DNA of 64,000 bases from an uncultured Verrucomicrobiae bacterium. Lineage in GTDB: Bacteria > Verrucomicrobiota > Verrucomicrobiia > Chthoniobacterales > UBA10450. Below the pieces are notes generated by a model. That model saw only the letters and a list, made by a program, of their open reading frames with translations. It was not told the origin of the DNA and made no database searches. The stretch lies in assembly GCA_963815455.1 (NCBI GenBank), contig CAWFGO010000001.1:704001-768000 (forward strand), written 5' to 3'. Positions 48,738 to 58,080 of the stretch are shown piece by piece. How positions within the stretch are numbered: position 1 is the stretch's first letter; the number at the start of each line of letters is the position of its first letter. Both the position numbers and the translations under genes were made by a program.

Positions 48738-49334
48738 TCATTCCCACAAATACGAGCGATTCTCCGCCACAATCGCGCCGTTCTCGATCAACAAACAGCG
48801 CCACGCGATCACGCGCCCGTCGTCAAAGTAGTCGTCACCGACGACTTTGAATTCCGTCTTGTGCGTGCCCCGCGCGCCGGCGTAGGAAATTTCCTGGGCC
48901 TGGACGTGGGAATGCAGTTTCTCCTGCCGATACTCGAGGCGCACGGTGACGTCGGCCGGCCGCCTGGATCGCCAAAAAAAATCGAAGTAATGACCGAACC
49001 GCTGGTGCCGATCCAAGGCCGTGACCGCGCCAAAGAGACGATACTGCCGCTCGAACCGGATCGACGCCTCCTGCACAGTGGACGATTTCGATGAAGGTGA
49101 ATTCTTTCCAAGTTTGCCGGCCTTCGCCGATGTTGCGTTGCTATTATTTCCTTGCGGGTCGGTGTGCTCATCGGTCTCGCTCAGGAAAAAGAGTTTGGCT
49201 TTTCGGAACTGGAAATCTTTGCTCAGCGCCATTGGCAGCGGCGTCACCTTCGTGAGCACCTTCGGCTCACCCGCAGCCCGAGCCAGACTGCTGGTGAAAA
49301 TGACCATGCCCAGCAATGCCGCCACAAATTTCAT
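48738..49334 (-). CDS. conserved exported hypothetical protein
   Basis: Signal peptide; FERQYRLFGA, VRLEYRQ, GDDY..GRVIAWR, SYLWE. Confidence 0.8.
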   Translation of the reverse strand: MKFVAALLGMVIFTSSLARAAGEPKVLTKVTPLPMALSKDFQFRKAKLFFLSETDEHTDPQGNNSNATSAKAGKLGKNSPSSKSSTVQEASIRFERQYRLFGAVTALDRHQRFGHYFDFFWRSRRPADVTVRLEYRQEKLHSHVQAQEISYAGARGTHKTEFKVVGDDYFDDGRVIAWRCLLIENGAIVAENRSYLWE

Positions 49335-49434
49335 TCCGATAATGAAACCGGCTCAGGCCCGGCATGTCAACATGGCTCCCGTAGACCGCATGAGATCTGT
49401 TTCATTCGCTTCATTTCGCGGGTAAATTTTCGGC

Positions 49435-50466
49435 ATGATCGATGTTCGTTATGAACGCGGCGTTTATTTACCCCGGCAAGATCTCTGGCTCGATCCGCGG
49501 GAGGCAAAGCATTTCGCCTTTGTTTCGCACGCACATGGCGACCATATCGCGCGGCATGGAGAAATCATTGTCTCGGGACGAACCGCGGGATTGATGCAAG
49601 CCCGGCTCCCCGGCGAGCGGATCGAGCACGTGCTCCCGTTTGATGAAACCCAGACCGTGCGCGATGTCGATGTTACACTCCTCCCGGCGGGTCACATTTT
49701 CGGGTCGGCCCAAATTTTTCTCGAAGCAGACGGGGACACGCTGCTTTACACCGGCGATTTCAAGGTGCGACCCGGGAAATCGGCCGAACCGGTGGAATGG
49801 CGCCAGGCCGATACGCTCATCATGGAAACCACTTTTGGCCGGCCGCGCTACATTTTTCCGCCGGCCGAACAGGTGATCGGCCAAATCGTAGCATTCTGCC
49901 GCGAAACGCTCGATGAGGACGGGGTGCCGGTACTGCTCGGTTATTCGCTGGGCAAAGCGCAGGAAATTCTGTGCTCGCTCGATGGCGCCGGACTCACCCC
50001 GATGTTGCACGGCTCGGTTTATGAGATGACGCGCATTTACGAGCAATTCGGCCAGACGTTTTGCAAATATCTTCGTTACAAAGCCGGCGATGTTACCGGG
50101 AAGGTTCTTATCTGCCCGCCGAGCGCAAAAGGTTCGCGCATGCTGCAAGAGATTCCGCGCAAGCGCGTGGCCATGATCAGCGGCTGGGCGATTGATCCGA
50201 GCGCCGTTTACCGTTACCAGGTGGACGCGGTGTTTCCGCTTTCCGATCACGCCGATTACAACGATCTGCTTGCCTATGCCGATCTTGTCCGGCCTAAACG
50301 CGTATTCACACTCCACGGTTTCGCGGCCGAGTTTGCGCGGGACCTGCGCGAGCGCGGGATCGAAGCCTGGGCGTTAAATGCCGAGAACCAGATGGATCTC
50401 GGGCTTCAGTGGAATACCGAGGCAACTCGCGTTGTAGCCGCGGGCGCCGACCCCGGACACCAATAA
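49435..50466 (+). CDS. MBL-fold exonuclease (ligase-associated/SNM1-like beta-CASP)
   Basis: SHAHGDH, AGHIFGSA, YTGDF, METTFG, YSLGKAQ, PLSDHAD, TLHGF. Confidence 0.9.
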   Translation: MIDVRYERGVYLPRQDLWLDPREAKHFAFVSHAHGDHIARHGEIIVSGRTAGLMQARLPGERIEHVLPFDETQTVRDVDVTLLPAGHIFGSAQIFLEADGDTLLYTGDFKVRPGKSAEPVEWRQADTLIMETTFGRPRYIFPPAEQVIGQIVAFCRETLDEDGVPVLLGYSLGKAQEILCSLDGAGLTPMLHGSVYEMTRIYEQFGQTFCKYLRYKAGDVTGKVLICPPSAKGSRMLQEIPRKRVAMISGWAIDPSAVYRYQVDAVFPLSDHADYNDLLAYADLVRPKRVFTLHGFAAEFARDLRERGIEAWALNAENQMDLGLQWNTEATRVVAAGADPGHQ

Positions 50467-50510
50467 TCTGATCAAACCCTAGTGCGCCGAGGTCAACGCC
50501 CTCGGCTACA
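50433..50510. repeat. GTAG-type REP doublet (family F4)
   Basis: tgtagccgcgggcgccgaccccgg pairs imperfectly with ccgaggtcaacgccctcggctaca. Confidence 0.8.
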
Positions 50511-50511
50511 A

Positions 50512-52221
50512 TTACAACTCCGCCGGCGTAGGCGTCTGCGAAGGGCTCTCGCCGGGGTGACGTCGCTCTTTTTTCTCAGCTTTTTTTTCGGCCTTTTTCT
50601 CCTTCTTCTCTGCCTTCTTGTCTTTCTTCTCGTTTTCCTTTTGGTCCCGCGGTTCCACTGGCGCAGTCGCAGGTGAGGGCGAGCCTTCCGTGCTTGGCAT
50701 CGGCTTGGTCTTTCTCGGTTCGATTTGCTGCGCAACCGATTTGCGGCCTAAATTTTTCTTTTCGCCTTTTTGAGGAAACACCGGTTTTTCGAAATTTCGT
50801 GGCGAATTTGCCGGAAGCGGCGAGGAGTCCGGAGCGACCACCTCGTTTACGGTCGGCGTCGGCGTTGCGGTTCCAAGCGGAGTCGGTGATAACGAGACGC
50901 CCGAATCAGATGTCTGAGTTGGAGCATTTCTCCGGCCTTGTCTTGCATCCGACCGAATCGAAGCTCGCTCATCCGGGATCGGCGCACTGGTAGCGGCAGA
51001 TTCGGCTGGCGACGCAATCGGAGCGGATGTCGATGCTGTTTCCAACGCATTAGGTTCGGCCGGCGCCTGGACAGGCTTAACAAAAGTCCTGGGCGGGGCA
51101 TCGGGCGGCGGTGTGGATTCGGATTTGATCTTTGCCCGCGCTTTTTCGGCGGCTTGTGAATCTGTGACCGCTTGCCAGCCGCGATCCGCAGTTGCCCCGG
51201 TAACCGATTCCTTGATACGTCTTGGACGTTCCGCCGGCTGGGGTTTGTCGATCACGGGAGCAGATATCTCGATCACTTCGCCCCGGACAACCGGACCCGA
51301 ATTCTCATCAGCTGCATTCACCGCCGTGCGTCGTTCGATCCGCAAGTGTTCGATCGGCTGCTGCGTGCGCTTCTGCAATTCGTAATAATCGGGACCCTGG
51401 TTAACGATCCTGGTGTTGCTGTAAGTAATGTTGGTTACGTTCGTCGTTTGGTTGACGATGGTGACGTTGCGCTCGGACGAAACAATCGTGGGAGAAACAT
51501 GCTGGGCGCCAAATTGACGGGTCTCCACGAAACAATATTGGTCCGGCCCGACGTCGTAATAATTATCGGACCAATTACGAATACCGGCGCGCCGATCGAA
51601 TCGCGCTTCGGGCGGAAGCGGAGCCCAGCCGACGTAATCGTTGCCTTTGCGCCATGAGACCCATGCGGGCGCCCATTCGTCACCGGGAACCCAGACCCAT
51701 CCAATATGGCGCAATCGCGTCCAGCGTCCGTAATGATACGCGGCCCAACCAAACGGCTCCTCCGAAACCCACATCCAGCCTACATCGGTGTAGACCCAGC
51801 GCCCATTGGTATAAGGGCGCCAATCGCGAGAACGCTGCGCCACGTCCGGCTGCCACACATAACCGTAATCGGACGTTTCACGCCAGACGCCATATGGATC
51901 GAGCTTGGTGTAAAAAGTCGAATATGAAGCAGTCGGACGATTGTCAGGCAGGCCGCTAATTCGAGGGATGGTAGGCCTGGCCGGCGGGTGCGACGGTTCA
52001 GCATCGGCCGTTTCTTTCTCCGCCAAAGCTTTCTCGCGCTCGGTGAGATCAGCTTCTTTTTGCGCGAGCTCTTGCTGCTGCTGGTTCTGACGCTCGACGG
52101 CGAGGCGTTCCTCCACCCGGCGATTGATCTCGGCGGTTCGTTCTTCGTCGGTCTGCGGTTTCTGGCAAGACGAGAATGCTACCAGAGCCATCACCGCCGG
52201 AATCGCGCAAAATTTGTTCAT
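50512..52221 (-). CDS. DUF6600-type Trp-rich lipoprotein with disordered Pro/Lys-rich tail
   Basis: Lipobox FSSC; LDPYGVW, WRPYTNGRW, EPFGWAAYHYGRW, WAPAWVSW, VGWAPLPP. Confidence 0.85.
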   Translation of the reverse strand: MNKFCAIPAVMALVAFSSCQKPQTDEERTAEINRRVEERLAVERQNQQQQELAQKEADLTEREKALAEKETADAEPSHPPARPTIPRISGLPDNRPTASYSTFYTKLDPYGVWRETSDYGYVWQPDVAQRSRDWRPYTNGRWVYTDVGWMWVSEEPFGWAAYHYGRWTRLRHIGWVWVPGDEWAPAWVSWRKGNDYVGWAPLPPEARFDRRAGIRNWSDNYYDVGPDQYCFVETRQFGAQHVSPTIVSSERNVTIVNQTTNVTNITYSNTRIVNQGPDYYELQKRTQQPIEHLRIERRTAVNAADENSGPVVRGEVIEISAPVIDKPQPAERPRRIKESVTGATADRGWQAVTDSQAAEKARAKIKSESTPPPDAPPRTFVKPVQAPAEPNALETASTSAPIASPAESAATSAPIPDERASIRSDARQGRRNAPTQTSDSGVSLSPTPLGTATPTPTVNEVVAPDSSPLPANSPRNFEKPVFPQKGEKKNLGRKSVAQQIEPRKTKPMPSTEGSPSPATAPVEPRDQKENEKKDKKAEKKEKKAEKKAEKKERRHPGESPSQTPTPAEL

Positions 52222-52260
52222 AACTGGGTTAGACCGCGATCGCAGTGCAATATTCGAATT

Positions 52261-52455
52261 TTACGGAACGCTCGCGGTTGGTGAAGCCGCAGGCGTTGTA
52301 GTGGTGGATTCGATCTTGTCGCGGCGGAATCGCTGCACATTCGCGTAAAGCGAAACCAGGGCAAACGCCACGACGATAACGAGCATGATCACCAGCGCGA
52401 CGCGGGGAACTTGCGATGCAGGAGGTCTTTCTGCCTGCGGCTCCGACGAAATCAT
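52261..52455 (-). CDS. small single-TM protein
   Basis: ATGA overlap with plsC stop; one TM helix. Confidence 0.7.
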   Translation of the reverse strand: MISSEPQAERPPASQVPRVALVIMLVIVVAFALVSLYANVQRFRRDKIESTTTTPAASPTASVP

Positions 52456-53096
52456 GACCCAATATTGCTTCGATCCGGCGATTGTTCCAACTGCAGCGCC
52501 GCGATCGCGTCCATGACTCGCTGGCTAAGTTGCGCGTAAAGATCTTTCGCGTCGGATTCGACATCCGCCTCGGTAAACAAAATCGGCTGGCCGACCACGA
52601 TAGTAATTCTGCGCCACAAATGAATTTTTCCGTCAATGGGCCAGGCATCGAACGCACCGAATATCCGCATCGGCACAACCGGTGCCTGCGTTTTGGCAAT
52701 GACGAGACCGACTCCCGGAAGCGCAGGCTGCAAATTTCCATCGGGCGTGCGCGAACCTTCCGGAAAAACCAGAGCGCAGTCGCCCGCTCGCAGAATTCGA
52801 ATCAATGCTTTCAACGCGCTCCGATCGTTTCCTCCCAGATCGACTGGGATCACGTTGAGCTTGGGCAAAAGCCAGCCGAGGATCGGCACTTTCATCAAGG
52901 ATTTTTTCGCGAGAAAGTAAATGGCGCGGTTACAAGCGTTTCCGGCCAGCGGTGGATCGAAAAAGCTTTGGTGATTCATGGCAAGAATCACCGGCCCGCC
53001 TTGAATCACGCGCTCTCGATGAACGATTCGGAAACTAAAAAACAACCGGGCAAGAAGACGGGAGAAATGATAGCCGATCCAATAGTAGAAATTCAT
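52452..53096 (-). CDS. plsC: 1-acyl-sn-glycerol-3-phosphate acyltransferase
   Basis: NHQSFFD, FLAK, FPEGSR motifs. Confidence 0.92.
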   Translation of the reverse strand: MNFYYWIGYHFSRLLARLFFSFRIVHRERVIQGGPVILAMNHQSFFDPPLAGNACNRAIYFLAKKSLMKVPILGWLLPKLNVIPVDLGGNDRSALKALIRILRAGDCALVFPEGSRTPDGNLQPALPGVGLVIAKTQAPVVPMRIFGAFDAWPIDGKIHLWRRITIVVGQPILFTEADVESDAKDLYAQLSQRVMDAIAALQLEQSPDRSNIGS

Positions 53097-53755
53097 CCGG
53101 CCACGCCTTCCAGACCCTTGAGCTTAAGGCGGCCGATGATCTCACCCACAACGCCTTCGATCGTCAGATTGGAGCTATCGATTACATGGGCGTCTTCGGA
53201 AATGATGAGGGGCGAGGCGCGTCGCGAGGAATCGACACGGTCGCGCGCGGCAATTTCGTCCTGCTGACCTTCCGCGGCCCGGCGGCGCAAACGAATCTCG
53301 GGCGACGCATCGACGTAAAACTTGAAAGGCGTATCCGGGAACACGACCGAGCCAATATCGCGGCCTTCCACGACCAGGTCCTGGCCGTGCGCGTAATTGC
53401 GCATCTTTTCGGTGAGGATCCTGCGCACTTCGGGAACGGTGCTCACCTGAGAAACGGCGTTGTTCACGGGATTATCGCGCAGATGCGGTGTTGGATCGAC
53501 ATCGTCGATCAAGATGCGCGATTGTTTGTTAATGATGTCGCAGGCGATTGAGGCCGCCTCAGCGGCCGCACCGATCCGTTGGCCATCATCGGGATCGATC
53601 CCGTGCTCCAGAACATGCCAGGTAATGGCGCGGTACATCGCGCCCGAGTTCACGTAAACAAAATCCAGCCGGCGTGCCAGTTCGCGGGCGACGCTGCTCT
53701 TGCCCGAAGCAGCCGGGCCATCAATGGCTATAACGCGATGGAAATTCTTGTGCAA
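53093..53755 (-). CDS. cmk: cytidylate kinase
   Basis: IAIDGPAASGKS, GAMYRA, VEGRDIGSVVFPD. Confidence 0.96.
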   Translation of the reverse strand: MHKNFHRVIAIDGPAASGKSSVARELARRLDFVYVNSGAMYRAITWHVLEHGIDPDDGQRIGAAAEAASIACDIINKQSRILIDDVDPTPHLRDNPVNNAVSQVSTVPEVRRILTEKMRNYAHGQDLVVEGRDIGSVVFPDTPFKFYVDASPEIRLRRRAAEGQQDEIAARDRVDSSRRASPLIISEDAHVIDSSNLTIEGVVGEIIGRLKLKGLEGVAG

Positions 53756-53806
53756 TGGAGTGATTCGCTCGTTTACCGCAAAGAAAGTCGATTACTCCAT
53801 TACTCC
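53754..53806. repeat. octamer repeat (ATTACTCC x2) with inverted copy at cmk start
   Basis: attactccattactcc at 53791-53806; aatggagtgat at 53754-53764. Confidence 0.6.
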
Positions 53807-53815
53807 AAACCCGAC

Positions 53816-55162
53816 TTATTCCTCGGGACGCGCCGGCGAGAGGGAGCCGATAACCGGCGTGCTGGAACGCATTCGTTTCGAGTTCGTGAATTCTTCCAAC
53901 ACTCCTTGAAAGCCGGGATACGATTCCCGGATGCAGTCGGCGTCTTGAACAATGGTTTCACCGTCGGCAAAAAGACCGGCAACAGCAAAGGCCATGGCGA
54001 TGCGGTGATCGCCGAAACTGGCTACACGCGCGCCGCGCAAGGGCGCCGGCCCGTGGATCTCAATTCCGTCGCTCATCTCGATGACTTGAGCGCCCATAAT
54101 GCGCAAATTATGAGCGATGGCGGCGAGGCGATCGGTTTCCTTGACTCGCAACTCCTGGGCGTGACGAATGATCGTCGTGCCCGTGGCCAGCGCGCCGGCG
54201 ACGGCCAGCACCGGTAATTCGTCGATAAGCTGTGGCACTTCTTTGCCCTGAATGACTGTGCCTTTGAGCGGCGCTCCGGTGACTTCCACGATACCGCGCG
54301 GCTCGAGTTGATCGACATCTTCGACAGCTTCGCGCACCTGAGCGCCCATTCGCACCAGCACACCCAGCAGCGCCGTTCGGGTATCGTTCAAACCAATGTG
54401 GCGCACGAGTAAATGGCCGCCGGGTTGCGCCGCCGCCGCGACCAGCCAGAACGCAGCCGAAGAAATATCGCCCGGAATGGTGAAGTCGCGCGATTCCGGC
54501 ACCTGATCGCCGAAAACCGAGACGCTGCGATCGGTTTTGGCCGTGCGAACGAGAAAATAGCGAAACATCAGCTCGGTATGATTACGGGTGTTCGATGGCT
54601 CGGCCACAGTGGTCTTGCCTTTGGCGAAAAGTCCGGCCAGCAAAATCGCGCTCTTTACCTGGGCGCTGGCCACGGGCGATTTGTAATGAATCCCCCGCAG
54701 CGACCCGCCATGAATCCGGAGCGGCGGCGTTTGCTCCGGCCCTTCAGCCGCGATGTTCGCCCCCATTTTCCGGAGCGGCTCGATCACGCGGTCCATCGGT
54801 CGCCGGGAAAGCGATGCGTCCCCGACGAGACAACTCTCAAAGGTTTGCCCCGCGAGCAAACCGGCCAGGAGTCGCATGGTCGTGCCGGAATTTCCGCAAT
54901 CGATTTCCTCCTTTGGCGGTGTGAGTACGCGTTTCTTGCCGTGCACGACGAGCGTGTCGGGCTCGGGTTGCTCGATCCGAATGCCGAGAGCGCGCAGAGC
55001 GTTGACCGTGTGCATGCAATCCTCGCTCGGCAGGAAGCCCTCGAGCTTGCAGATGCCATTGGCCAGGGCGGCAATGATCACCGCCCGATGCGAAATGCTC
55101 TTGTCTCCCGGCACCGTGATCTCGGTATCGATTCGAGGGGCTCGCTTGACGCGCAATTCCAT
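53816..55162 (-). CDS. aroA: EPSP synthase
   Basis: PGDKSISHRA, CGNSGTTMRL, ASAQVKSA, RVKETDR, GDHRIAM. Confidence 0.98.
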   Translation of the reverse strand: MELRVKRAPRIDTEITVPGDKSISHRAVIIAALANGICKLEGFLPSEDCMHTVNALRALGIRIEQPEPDTLVVHGKKRVLTPPKEEIDCGNSGTTMRLLAGLLAGQTFESCLVGDASLSRRPMDRVIEPLRKMGANIAAEGPEQTPPLRIHGGSLRGIHYKSPVASAQVKSAILLAGLFAKGKTTVAEPSNTRNHTELMFRYFLVRTAKTDRSVSVFGDQVPESRDFTIPGDISSAAFWLVAAAAQPGGHLLVRHIGLNDTRTALLGVLVRMGAQVREAVEDVDQLEPRGIVEVTGAPLKGTVIQGKEVPQLIDELPVLAVAGALATGTTIIRHAQELRVKETDRLAAIAHNLRIMGAQVIEMSDGIEIHGPAPLRGARVASFGDHRIAMAFAVAGLFADGETIVQDADCIRESYPGFQGVLEEFTNSKRMRSSTPVIGSLSPARPEE

Positions 55163-55299
55163 TGATCGCTCTAAGGAAATCGATAATTGGACGCTTCGAT
55201 ACTAGCTGCTAGATGAAGACGGCAACGCTGGGTGACACATCCAGCATCACTATCTAGCATCCCGAATCCGCTGCAACCTTCGATTCAGCGGCGCGCAGA

Positions 55300-55697
55300 C
55301 TACGGAACCAGAAAAATCTTACCCGTGTACAGGATCTTTTACTTCCGTACCTGGCGGGAATCCTTCCACGTCCACATATTTGCCCGGCGAAAAGGGACTC
55401 TCCACCACGTGCGGTTTTCCGGGAACAGGAATTCCGTAGGGATGATCGCCCTTGGCGGCTTTGGTAGGCGCAACCGTCGGGACAGGAGCAGGCGCCGTCT
55501 CCGCTGTCGTTGGCGAAGGCATCGGCGGCGGGCGTTCGGGTTGAATGGCTGCTGCTGAGGCGGATACTGTTGCTGCTGTGCCGTCGGCAGGATATTTGGC
55601 AGCTCTGATGCCGGACGCGAGACGGCGGCTGATCGACCTCTTCGCACGACGTAATAAACAAGGCGGTAAGCAGGGCGAGTGACAGTGAGAATTTCAT
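55300..55697 (-). CDS. Pro-rich lipoprotein with C-terminal YGIPVPGKP...DPYTGKIFLVP domain (at least 3 frameshifts)
   Basis: Lipobox FITSC from ATG 55697; pieces in ORFs 55254, 55339, 55319; stop TAG at 55300-55302. Confidence 0.7.
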
Positions 55698-55889
55698 AAA
55701 AGTCGGTTCGACGTCGAAACTATCTCGATTCCGCATTCGTTGCCAATCGCTAAATCGCTGCAATTCCACAGGCCGCGTCTGCCAGTCGCCAAGAATCGCC
55801 AGCGATGCCGGTTCGCGAAACCGTCTTTCCTTGCCCCGAGGATCGACATTACACTGGCGGGCCGGGTCTCGTCCGAATCAAGAGAGCAG

Positions 55890-57057
55890 ATGGCCGAACA
55901 ATTCCAACAGACCGATTTTGATTATCGACGACGACTCTGTTAGTCGAAAAATCCTGGCGCGCATTCTGACCGAGGCGGGCTACCACTGCGCCGAAGCCGA
56001 CAGCGGGGCAAACGCGTTGAGCGTTATCCGGGCCGAGCAACCTTCGCTTCTGCTGCTCGATTTCGAAATGCCGGAGCTGAACGGCACGGAAGTCCTCAAG
56101 CAATTGCGAGCGGACCCCGATCCCGCCGTGGCCCAAATTCCCACGATCATGCTGACCGGGCATGCCGGCGAAGAAAGCGAAGTGCTTTGCCTTGAAGCCG
56201 GCGCAGACGATTTCGTTACCAAGCCGGTCAATATGGCGGTGTTGCGGGCACGAATCGAAACGCAACTGCGTCTGCGCTCGATGCGCCGGCAACTCGAACG
56301 CCAAAACGACGAGCTCGAAGCCTGGCGTCGCAACCTCGAAAGTGATCTCGAAGCGGCCAGGCTTACCCAGCAATCGCTCATTCCGCAAAAACCGCCGAGT
56401 CTTCCCGGATGGGAAATTGCCGCTTGTTATCGGCCGGTCATTCAAGTGGGCGGCGACATCTATGGCTGGTTGCGCATGAAAGATGGCCGCACGCTGTTTT
56501 GGATCGCCGACGCAACCGGCCACGGCGCTTCGGCCGCGTTGCTGACTACCCTGGCAAAACTGCTTTTTCATCACGGCGCCACGGAAAAGCAGACGCCGGT
56601 AGAGGTGATGCAGGCGATAAACAACGACTTCCGAACCATCTTCGGGGCGCGTTCATTCATGACTGCAATGTGCGTGGCGCTCGATCCGGAGACCGGTCGG
56701 GCGAGCGTATTGGGTGCGGGGCATCCGCCGCTTTTGATCGCGCGCAAGACCGGCGACAAAGAGTCGATTTCATCCGCCACCCCGCCCCTGGGCTTGACCG
56801 AGCAACCCCAGTTTAAGGAAACCATTGTCGATCTGGCCCCGGGCGACGCTTTTCTGCTTTATACGGACGGCTTCTTTGGGGCAGCCCGAGCCGGTCGGCC
56901 CCGATTAACTCCTGATCAGTTAGGCGAAATCCTCGATTCATCCGCTCCCAATGCAGAGGCGCTTCTGGCCCGCCTGCTGAATCAGACGTCCCCCGATCAT
57001 AACGAAAAAGCTCTCCCGGACGACCTGGCGGCACTGGCCGTGCGCCGAATAACATGA
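55890..57057 (+). CDS. response regulator receiver fused to PP2C (RsbU/RsbP-like) phosphatase
   Basis: ILIIDDD, LLLDFEMP, FVTKP; VGGDIY, IADATGHG, LYTDG, DDLA; ATG 55890 is one base out of frame with the body. Confidence 0.9.
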
Positions 57058-57123
57058 AAAATATTTTTTGTTTCTCAAAAATTAGTATTGACCCTCTCAG
57101 GAGCGAAGCAGTAATCACCGTCT

Positions 57124-57402
57124 ATGCCGAAAACAAAGAAAACTTCCAAGCGCAAACCTAACCCCGCCTTCATGAGACCGGTGCAGCCCGACGACAAACT
57201 CTCCGCCATTGTCGGTTCGAAGCCAATCCCGCGTTCCGAGCTCACCAAGAAGCTTTGGGACTACATCAAGAAGAACGGCCTTCAGGACAAGAAAAAGAGA
57301 ACCATGATCAACGCGGACGACGCTCTCCGGGCGGTGTTCAATGGCAAGAGCCAGGTGAGCATGTTCGAGATGACGAAACTCGTCTCGGGACATATTCGCT
57401 AG
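57124..57402 (+). CDS. stand-alone SWIB/MDM2-domain protein
   Basis: LSAIVG..PIPRSELTKKLWDYIKKNGLQD...INADDAL..VF...QVSMFEMTKLVSGH. Confidence 0.95.
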   Translation: MPKTKKTSKRKPNPAFMRPVQPDDKLSAIVGSKPIPRSELTKKLWDYIKKNGLQDKKKRTMINADDALRAVFNGKSQVSMFEMTKLVSGHIR

Positions 57403-57424
57403 ATCAGCGTCTCGCCCATTTTTG

Positions 57425-57452
57425 ATAGCCCGGCGTTCGCGCGCCGGGCTAT
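57425..57452. terminator. GC-rich hairpin after the SWIB gene
   Basis: atagcccggcg/cgccgggctat 11-bp stem; no downstream U-tract. Confidence 0.45.
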
Positions 57453-57539
57453 ATCCCTAACATTGGATCGCGCGTCCCCCGCGAGCGCTTCATCGCGTCG
57501 CACTTGCGCGGGCCATTTCGCTGGCCGACCTTCTGCGAC

Positions 57540-58049
57540 GTGAAATATCTAATGATAGGGGCGGCCGCCGTTGTCGGGATCGGGGCCATCCTATTCGCCA
57601 CTCAAAAAGAGAAGGGCCGCCCCGCGGTTTCCCGCCCAGCGGCTTCCCAGCCGGCACCCCAAGCCGAGAGCCTGTGGCTAACCGATTACCAGAAAGCGCA
57701 GGAACAGTCCAAAGTCAGCAATAAGCCTTTGTTTCTCGAATTCACCGGCTCGGATTGGTGCCCGCCCTGCCGTCAACTTCAACGGCAAATTTTATCGGCT
57801 CCGGAATTCCAGGAGTACGCGAGCAAAAACTTTGTGCTGGTCGAGCTCGATTTCCCACGGCGCAAGATCCAGGCGCCCGAAATCGTCCAGCAAAACCACG
57901 CTCTGGCCCGCCAGTTTGGGATCGAGGTTTTCCCCACCGTGATCATCCTGAACAGCAATGGCGAAAAAATTGGCGAGCTGATCGGTTTCGATCCCAGCGC
58001 GGGACCGGCGGGATATATTACTGCTCTGGAAAAATTCCGTAAGAGCTGA
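57540..58049 (+). CDS. membrane-anchored thioredoxin-family protein
   Basis: FTGSDWCPPC, VELDFPR, FPT cis-Pro motif. Confidence 0.92.
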   Translation: MKYLMIGAAAVVGIGAILFATQKEKGRPAVSRPAASQPAPQAESLWLTDYQKAQEQSKVSNKPLFLEFTGSDWCPPCRQLQRQILSAPEFQEYASKNFVLVELDFPRRKIQAPEIVQQNHALARQFGIEVFPTVIILNSNGEKIGELIGFDPSAGPAGYITALEKFRKS

Positions 58050-58080
58050 GCGCCGGCGTTTTCGGGCGGACGCTGTCGAT

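Noticed and set aside
50550..50650. AT-rich low-complexity tract
   Set aside because: Encodes the Lys/Glu-rich tail (KKAEKK repeats) of the DUF6600-type protein.
1771..55892. Frameshifts in a lipoprotein, Mpv17-like, HAD, dprA, thrS, recQ, the 55.3-kb lipoprotein and REC-PP2C as pseudogenes or programmed frameshifting
   Set aside because: They are single-base indels, mostly in short homopolymers, in unrelated and essential genes, without slippery heptamers or other decay. Sequencing error is most parsimonious; read mapping would decide.
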